Positions 1-8,596 of a stretch of DNA of 18,189 bases are shown piece by piece. This stretch comes from an uncultured cyanobacterium. GTDB lineage: Bacteria > Cyanobacteriota > Cyanobacteriia > Cyanobacteriales > Cyanobacteriaceae. The translations under genes were made by a program, and so were the position numbers. Every line of letters begins with the position of its first letter. Within the stretch, counting starts at the first letter, position 1. Location of the stretch: the NCBI GenBank assembly GCA_963749915.1, contig CAVVOP010000023.1, positions 1 through 18,189 on the forward strand. The letters run 5' to 3'. Under the pieces are notes generated by a model, which worked only from the letters and a program-made list of their open reading frames with translations, was not told the origin of the DNA and searched no databases.

Positions 1-107
1 AGAATTGAGGAACAGCGATTTTATTGGCTGCTTTTTCTGGAGAACCAGATTTAGCTGATAAGTCAGAAGAAACTCCTAAAGCTATTTTAGCTGAAAAAAA
101 TAACTAA
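1..107 (+). pseudogene. 3' end of a probable antitoxin gene upstream of the PIN toxin, with an apparent +1 T frameshift
   Basis: Reads ELRNSDFIGCF, then SGEPDLADKSEE...AILAEKNN* if one T is removed from the T5 run at 32-36. The stop at 105-107 lies 2 nt before the PIN ATG, as in a toxin-antitoxin operon. Confidence 0.45.
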
Positions 108-109
108 TT

Positions 110-364
110 ATGATTATTACCGATACTGGTTTTTTTGTAGCTTTAGGTAATAAGAAAGATAATTTTTATCATTTAGCTAAACAACAACTTTTAACTCTTA
201 AAGAACCATTAATTACCACATATCCAGTAATTGTAGAAACAAGTTATCTACTTTTTGAGAGAGCAGGAAAAGAAGCTCAGTTTAAATTTTTGCATCAGTT
301 AACTAAAGATAGTATTAATATTTTTCAACTAGAAAAAAATCATTTAATAGGTAGAAGAACCTGA
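110..364 (+). pseudogene. vapC: PIN-domain (VapC-like) toxin, 3'-truncated
   Basis: N-terminal MIITDTGFFVAL and TTYPVIVET motifs of PIN proteins. Only 84 aa, and the C-terminal DxxD acidic residues are absent. Confidence 0.75.
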
Positions 365-397
365 ATAAATATAGAATAAAATTAATTTCTCTTAAAA

Positions 398-1458
398 ATG
401 AAACGTTATGGCAATTTATATTCTCAAATAGTGGATTTTGATAATTTATATTTATCGGCTAAAAAAGCCCAAAAAAGTAAACGATTTAGACCAAATGTTC
501 TAGCTTTTAATTATAACTTAGAAACGGAATTACTTACTCTGCAACAAGAATTAATCAATAAAACTTACCCAGCCCGGTGAATATCGCACCTTTCGTCTTC
601 GAGATCTGAAAACTCGCTTAATCTCAGCAGCACCCTATCGAGATAGAGTGGTTCATCATGCTTTATGCAATATTATTGTACCGATTTTTGAGAGGACATT
701 TATTAGTGATACTTATGCTAATCGGGTTGGTTTTGGCACTCATAAAGCCCTCAAAAAATTTACTCAATTTGCTCGTTATCATCGTTATGTTTTACAATGC
801 GATATTAGAAAATATTTTCCCACTATTGACCATGAAATTCTCAAAGAAATCATCCGTCGTAAAATTAAATGTCCAGATACACTTTGGTTAATTGATACAA
901 TTATTGATAATAGTAATGAGCAAGAACAGATTATTCAATATTTTGCAGGAGATGATTTATTAACACCAATAATGAGAAGAAAAGGTTTACCAATTGGTAA
1001 TCTAAGCTCGCAAATTTTTGCCAACGTCCTCCTCAGTAATTTTGACCATTTTATCAAAGAAAAATTAAAAGCTAGAAAGTATGTGCGTTATGTTGATGAC
1101 TTTGGCGTTGTTTAGTAATGACTATCAATTTTTAAGAGAAGCCCGAATAGGAATAGAAGAATATTTAAGTAAATTAAGATTAAAAATTCATCCGATCAAA
1201 AGTCAATTATTTGAAACTAAAATAGGGGCAACTTTTCTGGGATTTAGAGTATTTCCCCACAGAATTAGAGTGAGAAATATGAATCTTCATCGAGGCAGAA
1301 AAAGAATAAAAAGATTGCAAAAAGACTATGCAGAAGCTAAAATTAACTTAAAAGATATTAAACAATCATTACAAAGTTGGGTTGCCCATTTAGAATATGG
1401 TGACACCTACCAACTAAGAAAACAGATATTCAGTGACCTTGTCTTTACAAGGGATTGA
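398..1458 (+). pseudogene. DGR-type reverse transcriptase split by two +1 frameshifts (352 aa when corrected)
   Basis: Removing one C at 568-570 gives [35 protein letters not shown]. Removing one G at 1104-1105 gives YVDDFALFSND. Motifs: [22 protein letters not shown] (the SQ form typical of DGR RTs), YVDD and FLGF. A TR/VR pair lies next to it. Confidence 0.93.
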
Positions 1459-1480
1459 AGAGGGGATAGACGAACCCGAC

Positions 1481-1603
1481 TGCGGGGTGGTTCATGGAAC
1501 AATAATCCGAACAACTGCCGTTGTGCTTACTCGCAACAACAATAATACGCGCGCGAACAACAACAACAATATCGGTTTTCGTGTGGTGTGTGTGTTCGGG
1601 AGG
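1481..1603 (+). repeat. DGR template repeat (TR)
   Basis: 123-nt near-copy of 2790-2911 with 14 AAC/AAT codons. 17 of the 19 substitutions versus VR fall at TR adenines, plus one extra T at 1531. Confidence 0.95.
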
Positions 1604-1754
1604 TCTCTTCATTGCCAGAGTCTTCAGGTGGGAATCTGGAGAGCGTGTATCCGAAGAGTCCAGTCTTATTCCTGCGATGCTGGTAACAGTATCCAAAAAT
1701 AAATTGGGTTGGAGAGCTTGGTAAGCTATTATTGGCTGAAGAGTTTTTCAACCC
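1604..1754 (+). ncRNA. Structured spacer 3' of TR, probably part of the DGR template RNA
   Basis: Hairpins at 1621-1642 (TCTTCAG/CTGGAGA), 1676-1693 (GATGCTG-GTAA-CAGTATC, GNRA loop) and 1706-1754 (14-bp stem with G-U pairs and an inner hairpin). Confidence 0.55.
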
Positions 1755-1826
1755 TTAAAATCAGTCATCAGTAAAGCATGGTAATACTGCTCACGCCTGC
1801 GTGCGAAAAACTCACTGTAGGGGGAA

Positions 1827-1852
1827 AGTAATGAGTAATGAGTAATGAGTAA
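1827..1852 (+). repeat. Heptamer tandem repeat (AGTAATG)x3.7, STRR-like
   Basis: Read directly from the sequence. Confidence 0.85.
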
Positions 1853-1900
1853 GTAGCAGAGAAATTTAGGTTTGAAAACGACCAATTTGGGGAGTTCAAG

Positions 1901-1934
1901 ATTCGTAATTCGTAATTCGTAATTCGTAATTCGT
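1901..1934 (+). repeat. Heptamer tandem repeat (ATTCGTA)x4.9, STRR-like
   Basis: Read directly from the sequence. Confidence 0.9.
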
Positions 1935-1990
1935 CAATTAATACCTTGAATAAAAATCATATTGACAAAACCCTCGCAGTATTGTAAAGC

Positions 1991-2920
1991 ATGGTTGAAA
2001 TTATTACTTTTAGCGAAAAAAAACCGATTCAAATTTTTACCGAAGAACTAGGTAATGGTGTCGAACTAGAGTTAGTACAAATCCCTTCAGGTCGCTTTAT
2101 TATGGGTGCTCCAGCCTCAGAAATAGGTAGCCAGAGTAGTGAAAGACCGCAACATGAAGTCAGAATTAGTAGTTTTTTGACGGGACGTTATCCTATAACT
2201 CAAAGACAATGGCAAGCGATCGCTAAGAGGAATGATCTGAAAAAAGATAGAGACTTAAATCCAGATCCTTCAAGTTTTAAAAAGCCATATCAAGGAAGAG
2301 AGAGAGGGGAAAGACCAGTAGAACAAGTAAGCTGGTATGATGCCGTCGAATTTTGCCAGCGATTATCAAAACTAACAGGCAGAAATTATCGACTTCCCAG
2401 TGAAGCCCAATGGGAATATGCCTGCCGAGCAGTGACCAGTGAGCAGTTATCAGTTACCAGTGAGCAGTTATCAGTGAGCAGTGAGCAGTTATCAGTGAGC
2501 AGTGATGAATCAGAAATCAATCAAATTATATACTCCCCCTTTCATTTTGGTGAAACTATCACCTCAGATTTAGCAAATTATAATGGAACTGAGATTTATG
2601 CAGACGAACCAAAAGGAGTCTATAGAGAAGAAACAACTCCGGTTGGGATGTTTCCACCTAATGCCTTTGGTTTGTACGATCTGCACGGCAATGTCTGGGA
2701 ATGGTGTGAGGATACTTGGCATGAGAACTATCAGAACGCACCCACGGATGGCAGTGCTTGGATTATCGAAGACGAGAACACTGCTGTAGTGCGGGGTGGT
2801 TCATGGGACGATGAACCGAGCAGCTGCCGTTGTGCTTACCGCGGCGATGCTGATACGCGCGCGGACGGCAGCAGCTATATCGGTTTTCGTGTGGTGTGTG
2901 TGTTCGGGAGGACTTCATAG
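1991..2920 (+). CDS. DGR target protein, formylglycine-generating enzyme (FGE-sulfatase/SUMF1, CLec-fold) domain
   Basis: Motifs IPSGRFIMG, ERPQHEV, PVEQVSWYDAVEFC, YRLPSEAQWEYACRA, PNAFGLYDLHGNVWEW and RGGSW...IGFRVV. The C-terminal VR matches TR. Confidence 0.95.
   Translation: MVEIITFSEKKPIQIFTEELGNGVELELVQIPSGRFIMGAPASEIGSQSSERPQHEVRISSFLTGRYPITQRQWQAIAKRNDLKKDRDLNPDPSSFKKPYQGRERGERPVEQVSWYDAVEFCQRLSKLTGRNYRLPSEAQWEYACRAVTSEQLSVTSEQLSVSSEQLSVSSDESEINQIIYSPFHFGETITSDLANYNGTEIYADEPKGVYREETTPVGMFPPNAFGLYDLHGNVWEWCEDTWHENYQNAPTDGSAWIIEDENTAVVRGGSWDDEPSSCRCAYRGDADTRADGSSYIGFRVVCVFGRTS
2430..2506 (+). repeat. Eleven CAGTKAN heptamers inside the target CDS, translated as V(T/S)SEQLS repeats
   Basis: cagtgac cagtgag cagttat cagttac cagtgag cagttat cagtgag cagtgag cagttat cagtgag cagtgat. 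Confidence 0.92.
2790..2911 (+). repeat. DGR variable repeat (VR)
   Basis: 122-nt match to TR at the 3' end of the target gene. It ends in an invariant GT-rich tract shared with TR, then diverges at an IMH/IMH*-like boundary (AGGACTTCA versus AGGTCTCTTCA). Confidence 0.95.
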
Positions 2921-3002
2921 CCCTTTTTCCTTTTCCCCTTTTACCCTTTACACTTCTTTTTACTTTTTCTCTCTCAGTTAGGCGCATTAAGCAGGGTGGG
3001 CG

Positions 3003-3218
3003 AAAAAAAGGGGTAAGGCAGATAAGTTGAGGTTTCTGAATATCGCACAAGGTTCGGTTGAAGAATGCCGATATTATTTGATTTTGATACAAGATTTACA
3101 ATATGCTCAGACTCAGAAATTGTCTGTACTTTTACAAGAAGTTAGTAAAATCCTTGAGGCTTATTCTCAGAGCATCGAAAATAAAAAAACTCCTAACTTG
3201 AAAATAAAAACTTATTAG
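3003..3218 (+). pseudogene. C-terminal half of a four-helix-bundle protein (23S rRNA intervening-sequence protein family)
   Basis: In-frame KKRGKADKLRFLNIAQGSVEECRYYLILIQDLQY is characteristic of this family. The N-terminal half is missing. Confidence 0.75.
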
Positions 3219-3252
3219 ACCTCTTGCAAAAGTTAAAAAATCTGGCCGTCAG

Positions 3253-3280
3253 AGGAGTCAGGAATCAGGAGTCAGGAGTC
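3253..3280 (+). repeat. Heptamer tandem repeat (AGGAGTC)x4, STRR-like
   Basis: aggagtc aggaatc aggagtc aggagtc. Confidence 0.85.
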
Positions 3281-3402
3281 AATACTGCGAAGGATTTGAA
3301 AAATTCCTGTGGTGACAAGGATAGGGAAGAGGGGAAGAGAGGCTTGGATAATCACCCCATTAAGCATAGTTTTTTCGCTCAGGATTTGCTATAAAATATT
3401 AT

Positions 3403-5179
3403 ATGCTTAACGTGAGTTCGACGGAGCTAAAAATTCAGAAAATTATGAGTTTTTCTAACTTGTTTAATACCTGAATTCCTGATTCTCTCGTTGAAAAAAA
3501 TTGTCCTGAGCGGGCAAAGGATCTAACTCCGCTCGGTACGACTGCGAAGCAGCACCCCGAACTCCTAACTCCGAACTCACGTTGCTTAATCCTTATTTGA
3601 CTTTAGTTTTAATTAGTTTTTTTTTCTTCCAGGGAATAACTATCTCCTAGCTCAAGATTATTTTTTCGTTCCAGAAAATACTCCGGTTCGGGCAGAAACT
3701 AATAGTTTTATCTTAAAAGAAGTAATCGTTGAAAATAGTACTGTTTTTACTGAAAAAGATTTTTTACCTCTGATTAAACCTTACTTAAATCAAAGAGTAA
3801 ATCTAACAGATTTAGAGAATTTAAAAAGAGAATTAACCAATTTATATCGGCAAAAAGACTATTTTAATTCCTTTATTATCTTACCGCCGCAAACCTTTTC
3901 TGACGGAAAAGTAACCTATCAAGCCAGAGAAGGAGAACTGGTTAGTTTAAAGATCAAAGGCTTAATTCATTTAAAACCAAGTTACATTCAAGCCAGAATT
4001 AAAAACGCCCTTAGTACTCCTGTTTCCCGTCAAAAGATAGAGTCAGCCTTGATCCTACTGCAACAAGATCCTTTAATTGAAACAATCTCCGCCAATTTCA
4101 ACCAAAGAGGTAATCGAAACCAAGCCGAAATCACTTTAACTATTCAAGAAGCACCGCGATTTCAGGTGGCAGTTAGAAGTGATAATGAAGAAAATCCGAT
4201 GATCGGGAGCTGGGGTTTTTCTGTTCTCGGTTCTGCCCAGAATCTAAGTGGATGGGGAGAGCGGTTGAATTATCAGTACAAAATTACCACTGAAACCGGC
4301 TTATCCCAAGTAGATGCTTTCTATTTTTTTCCCCTGACTGCCCATGACCAATTAAACTTAGAATTTAGAGATAACGATACCACCATCTTAGCCGAACCTT
4401 TTGCCGATTTGGATTTAGTTAACCGCAGTAGCACCCTCGGCATTGGCTACCAGAGATCGCTGCTGAAAACCATCAACAATAGTTTCGCTTTAGGCTTAAA
4501 ACTCGATTTAGTCGAAACCGAAGCCTTTATTTTTAACGATACCCCCTTTCCCCGCTTCGACGGCAAAAATCGACTCAACTTAACCGTCTTACGCTTCAGT
4601 CAAATATATACCAGTAATTCGACCGATTCCTTTTTCGCCCTTAGTTCCCAATTTAACTTTGGTCTTAACGCCTTCGCCGCTTCTCGGGCGAGTGAATTTA
4701 TTGATCCTGATTTTTTTTCCTGGCAAGGAATAGCCCAATATGCCCAAAAATTAACCGATGATTTAATTTTCTCGGTTCAAATTCAAGGTCAATTAACCCC
4801 TAACTCCTTACCGATTACCGAACAATTTGCCATTGGTGGCATCAATACCGTCAGAGGTTATCGTCGTAATATTCGTATAGGCGACAAGGGCTTGATTTTT
4901 TCTGCGGAATTAAGGCAAAAGATTTGGCAAGATCTTGATTGGGGCATAGTGCAAGGTTATTGCTTCTTCGATACCGGAGTAATCGGTAATAATAAATTAC
5001 CTCAAATATACCCCAACACCTTAGCTAGTATTGGCTTAGGCTTAAACTGGGAAATCCAATCAACTGCCCTTCTGGGAATCAATTATGGCTTAAAATTAGT
5101 CAATGATCCTAGTTTTGGCTCAGGAACCTTACAAGACGACGGCATTAACTTATTTTTTCAATTACAAACCAAATTTTGA
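3403..5179 (+). CDS. TpsB (ShlB/FhaC/HecB family) outer-membrane transporter, 5' end disrupted by the MITE and a T9 frameshift
   Basis: The frame of the 4049 ORF is open from 3617 and encodes a POTRA domain (FILKEVIVENSTVF...LTNLYRQKDYFNS..LPPQ). It has EQFAIGGINTVRGY (VRGY motif) and a terminal Phe. The signal peptide MLNPYLTLVLISFF lies in another frame upstream of the T9 run at 3617-3625. Confidence 0.85.
3409..3583. mobile_element. 175-bp MITE with 12-bp terminal inverted repeats and a 4-bp target duplication
   Basis: TIRs AACGTGAGTTCG (3409-3420) and CGAACTCACGTT (3572-3583). GCTT is duplicated at 3405-3408 and 3584-3587. A partial second copy is at 6002. Confidence 0.85.
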
Positions 5180-5228
5180 GCTTTTTTTCTAGCTGCAAGT
5201 GTTTTATTTTTGAGTTTTGACTTTTGCT

Positions 5229-5996
5229 CTATCTCGCTTTATGGGCTGAGATAAAAACAAAACGATCTCTGAATTCTAAATTTGATTGTTCCTGATATTT
5301 TTGCTTCATTTGTGTTAATCCTTGCTGTAGCTGTTGCTCATCAAATCTTGAAAGTAAGGACATATATCGATTTTCGACCATCTCAAAATAGTTTTCTTTC
5401 GAGATAGAGACAGGATAATCAACAAAATTGACTGTAGTTTGAAAGCCAATTTTTTGTAATAAATTTACGAGATCATTATAATGCGGTTGCACAGCTTCAT
5501 AGAGACGCAAAGCTTCTCTAAATAAAGGATATTCAATGCGAGGAGGAAGCAAAATTAACAATAAGATTCCTCCAGAATTTAATCGTTCTAATAATCCTTG
5601 TAACAACTTTTCTTGATCCTTAATATGATGAATCATTTCTTTGATTAAAATTTTGTCGTATTGTCCTGATTCATCAGCAAATTCCACCGCATCTTTAATT
5701 AGTGGTTGATATTGATTACTCCGAGGAATTTTAGCCAACATTTTGTCAGACGGATCAACACAAATGATCGGATTATCTAACGGTAATTGAGAGATAATTG
5801 CTTTACTGTAAATTCCTGTACCACAACCGAGGTCCACTAAAATATCCTCCGAAACTAATTTTAAAGATTCAATGATCTTTTGGGTTAAAAAATTGATAAA
5901 TTCTGGAGATGAGCCCCAAAATTGATCATATTTCTGAGCCAAAGTTTGATAATGATTTTGGATTGAATATTTCACTAGACTTTCACAGTTTTTCAA
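5229..5996 (-). CDS. Class I SAM-dependent methyltransferase
   Basis: Motif I VDLGCGTG, VDPSDKML, and a MIHH motif. The true start may be the GTG at 5975. Confidence 0.88.
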   Translation of the reverse strand: MKNCESLVKYSIQNHYQTLAQKYDQFWGSSPEFINFLTQKIIESLKLVSEDILVDLGCGTGIYSKAIISQLPLDNPIICVDPSDKMLAKIPRSNQYQPLIKDAVEFADESGQYDKILIKEMIHHIKDQEKLLQGLLERLNSGGILLLILLPPRIEYPLFREALRLYEAVQPHYNDLVNLLQKIGFQTTVNFVDYPVSISKENYFEMVENRYMSLLSRFDEQQLQQGLTQMKQKYQEQSNLEFRDRFVFISAHKAR

Positions 5997-6001
5997 GTTT
6001 T

Positions 6002-6071
6002 AACGTGAGTTCGACGGAGCTAAAAATTCAGAAAATTATGACTTTTTCTAACTTTTTTAACACCTGAATTC
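6002..6071. mobile_element. Truncated copy (left end only) of the 3409-3583 MITE
   Basis: 6000-6071 matches 3407-3478 at 69 of 72 positions. There is no right TIR. Confidence 0.85.
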
Positions 6072-6092
6072 TAAATTCGCGCATTCTAAATT

Positions 6093-8561
6093 TTACCTAC
6101 ATTCTTCTACCGTTTCTTCTGATGCCAGCAAATGGACAGTACCATCATCCATAACCACCATTCTGGTGGCATCAACCATGGGGTTACTGGCAGTTTTTTT
6201 AGCAATAGCAGCGATTTCTGGATCGGAAAAAGGAATAAACGAATAACTCACCTGTCCCGTTAACGATCGCCCTCCGAGTCCGCGCTGGAGGATTTGAATC
6301 GCTGATTCTGATTGACCATCAAAGCAACCTTGAGTAATTAATTGTTCTTCGGCAAATTGAGTAGGCTTAGAGGTTAAATCATTGATTTCGTAGATGTCCC
6401 CATTAATCTGTACTTGTCCATCAATACCTAACTCCGAAGAAGCAGAAATAATTGATTCTGAACCCATTAAAACATTGCCATTAATCTCGATATTGCCTCC
6501 ATTTCCTTGAAAAGCATTAGCGGTAATCTGACTATTTTCCCAAACCAGTAATAAATCACTATGGAGGTTAATATTGCCCCCATCACCTTGATTTTCAGCA
6601 CTGGCGGTAATTTTACTCCCATTTTGTAGCAACAGAGAGTCACCTTGTAGGCTGATATTTCCGCCCCTGCCAGAAAAAGTCTCCGCCGAAATGCTCCCTT
6701 GATCTAAAACTGTTTTTTCCGCTAAAAGGTTGATATTGCCGCCATTGCCGCTTCCTTCATTGGTAACATTAATTAAGCCACCATGGGCGATCGTTAAATC
6801 TTCGGTGTTGATCTCAATGGAACCAGCATTGCCCGAAGGAATTTCTGGGAGATTGAATAGCTCGGTCAGAAAAGAAATTGACTTGTTGGCAGAAGAAGAA
6901 ATCTGACTGGGGGTACCAGATAAATTTTGCCCAGTAATTTCAATGGAGCTGGCATTAATAATCATATTACTGGCATTGCCGGTGGCGTTGGTATTGGTGT
7001 TTATCGATCCCCCTGAAGCCAATTTTAGTTTGTTGGTAGAGATAACGACTTCGCCGGTATTTCCCGAAAATAAAGTCAAGCTTCCTATGGCACTAGAAAT
7101 GAACTCATTTCCTTGTAAATCCGCGGCAACTGAGCCGGAAACTTCTACCTCGTCAGCAACCGTAATTTCTAGATTGCCACTGTCTCCCGTTCCTAAACTT
7201 TGGGATATGAGCAAGCCACCATTTTCCACTGAAAGTCTCTTGCCTAAAATCAAGATATCTCCCGCTCTGCCTGTGCCTGCTCCTAAAGAAAGAATTGAGG
7301 TAGGCAAGAACAAGTTTATTTGCTCGCTTCCTTCTATTTGGAGATTTTCGGCAATATTCAAGAGCAGAGAGCCTCCCTCTCCTCTGGCGAAACTGAGTGC
7401 CGAGATGGTGCTAAAATCTTGTACCGATAAATTTTTAGCAGAGATAATAATATCCGCACCCTTGCCCTCCGAGAGAGTTTGAGTATAAATACCTCGAATT
7501 ATATTGTTATTATTTAGTCCCTGAAGCGAAAATTGGTTAAAATCGGTAATTCCTCTTAAATTCACCTCCTCAGTGGCTTTAATCTTGAGGGAACCATGAG
7601 GAGCATTGCCAAAATTAGTAATCATCACAACGGCACCATCTTCAATTGACACATTCTTTGCCCGTAGGTTAATTTGACCATTGGAGATCCCACTGGCATC
7701 TAAAAGAGCTTGTTGATGGAGGCTAATATCTTGGAATTGAGATATTCTCTCATAATTCAAAGTGAATCCGTCCTTATTTTCCGAAAATTGAACAATTCCC
7801 CTCTCCACACTTGCCAACTCAATTTGTCCGGAAAATGCGGTTAAAATTCCATTATCAATGATAATTTCGCCGCCAATCAATCCTAAAGTTTTCCCCGGAT
7901 TAGTTCTCAAACCAGTCTGACTCTCTCCACTGCCCAAAAATGGACCGTTAAAAGATCTGTTATCGATGGAAAACCCGTTGCCAAACTTTAACTGATGACC
8001 AGTTCCCTGGACAATAATTTGTCCAGGGTTATTTCCAAACCCTAATCCCATGGGACTATTAGCGGTCAGTAAGGGCTTTCGCTCAGTACTAGCCGTAGCA
8101 AATTCAAATCCATCGGCGAAAATAATCCGATTGGCCGTGCTACCAAAGAAAGAACCTCCAACCGCTAGAGTTGCACCAGAACCAAAAATAATACCATTGG
8201 GATTGAGAAAAAATAAGTTAGCTGTACCGTTAGCTGCCAGAACTCCGCCAATGTGAGAGAGAGAATTTCCTGTGACGAGGCTAAAAATATTCTCAACGTT
8301 TAAAGCATTGTTGAACAAGGCAACTTGCCCGCTGAGAACCGAAAAAGCCTCAAAAGTATGAAAAAGATTACTGCCACTAGCTGTGCCGCCATTGATAATG
8401 AGTTTATTTCCTTCAGTAATTACGGCTGAATTAACTGGTAAGGAATTATCTGGTCTTATTTGTGCTGTTGATGGAGTAACAGTTAATACTAAAGGAATAA
8501 ATTGAATCAGTACTTGGAAAAGAGTATAAGTTTCTAATCTTACTAATTTCTTAATGTTCAT
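6093..8561 (-). CDS. TpsA filamentous hemagglutinin-family exoprotein
   Basis: Signal peptide ending STA-Q, a TPS domain (NLFHTFEAFSV, NLFFLNPNGIIFG), and repeated GxGGNI beta-helix motifs. The ATG at 8561 avoids overlap with the upstream gene. Confidence 0.92.
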   Translation of the reverse strand: MNIKKLVRLETYTLFQVLIQFIPLVLTVTPSTAQIRPDNSLPVNSAVITEGNKLIINGGTASGSNLFHTFEAFSVLSGQVALFNNALNVENIFSLVTGNSLSHIGGVLAANGTANLFFLNPNGIIFGSGATLAVGGSFFGSTANRIIFADGFEFATASTERKPLLTANSPMGLGFGNNPGQIIVQGTGHQLKFGNGFSIDNRSFNGPFLGSGESQTGLRTNPGKTLGLIGGEIIIDNGILTAFSGQIELASVERGIVQFSENKDGFTLNYERISQFQDISLHQQALLDASGISNGQINLRAKNVSIEDGAVVMITNFGNAPHGSLKIKATEEVNLRGITDFNQFSLQGLNNNNIIRGIYTQTLSEGKGADIIISAKNLSVQDFSTISALSFARGEGGSLLLNIAENLQIEGSEQINLFLPTSILSLGAGTGRAGDILILGKRLSVENGGLLISQSLGTGDSGNLEITVADEVEVSGSVAADLQGNEFISSAIGSLTLFSGNTGEVVISTNKLKLASGGSINTNTNATGNASNMIINASSIEITGQNLSGTPSQISSSANKSISFLTELFNLPEIPSGNAGSIEINTEDLTIAHGGLINVTNEGSGNGGNINLLAEKTVLDQGSISAETFSGRGGNISLQGDSLLLQNGSKITASAENQGDGGNINLHSDLLLVWENSQITANAFQGNGGNIEINGNVLMGSESIISASSELGIDGQVQINGDIYEINDLTSKPTQFAEEQLITQGCFDGQSESAIQILQRGLGGRSLTGQVSYSFIPFSDPEIAAIAKKTASNPMVDATRMVVMDDGTVHLLASEETVEECR

Positions 8562-8596
8562 GGAGTGGGGAATTAACTGCCCTTCGGGCGAGGATG

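Noticed and set aside
398..1458. RT as a group II intron, retron or CRISPR-associated RT
   Set aside because: It is short, has the SQ motif and lacks a maturase/endonuclease extension. An adenine-specific TR/VR pair is adjacent, and no CRISPR array or cas1 is present.
1433..1751. ORFs overlapping TR (1433-1702, 1445-1696, 1521-1724, 1527-1751)
   Set aside because: These are by-products of the non-coding TR and spacer. The similarity to the FGE C-terminus simply reflects TR.
1962..1990. Sigma70 promoter with a perfect TTGACA upstream of the target gene
   Set aside because: At 17-bp spacing the -10 would be TAAAGC, a poor match that abuts the ATG. TATTGT is only 12 bp away. Not supportable.
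2216..2223. HIP1 octamer GCGATCGC as taxonomic evidence
   Set aside because: I noticed only one perfect copy in 18 kb, so there is no enrichment to rely on.
2430..2506. Repeat arrays as CRISPR
   Set aside because: They are 7-bp tandem units with no unique spacers. The same holds for the other short arrays in the window.
6943..8256. + strand ORFs 6943-7482 and 8050-8256
   Set aside because: Antisense shadows of tpsA with no recognisable motifs.
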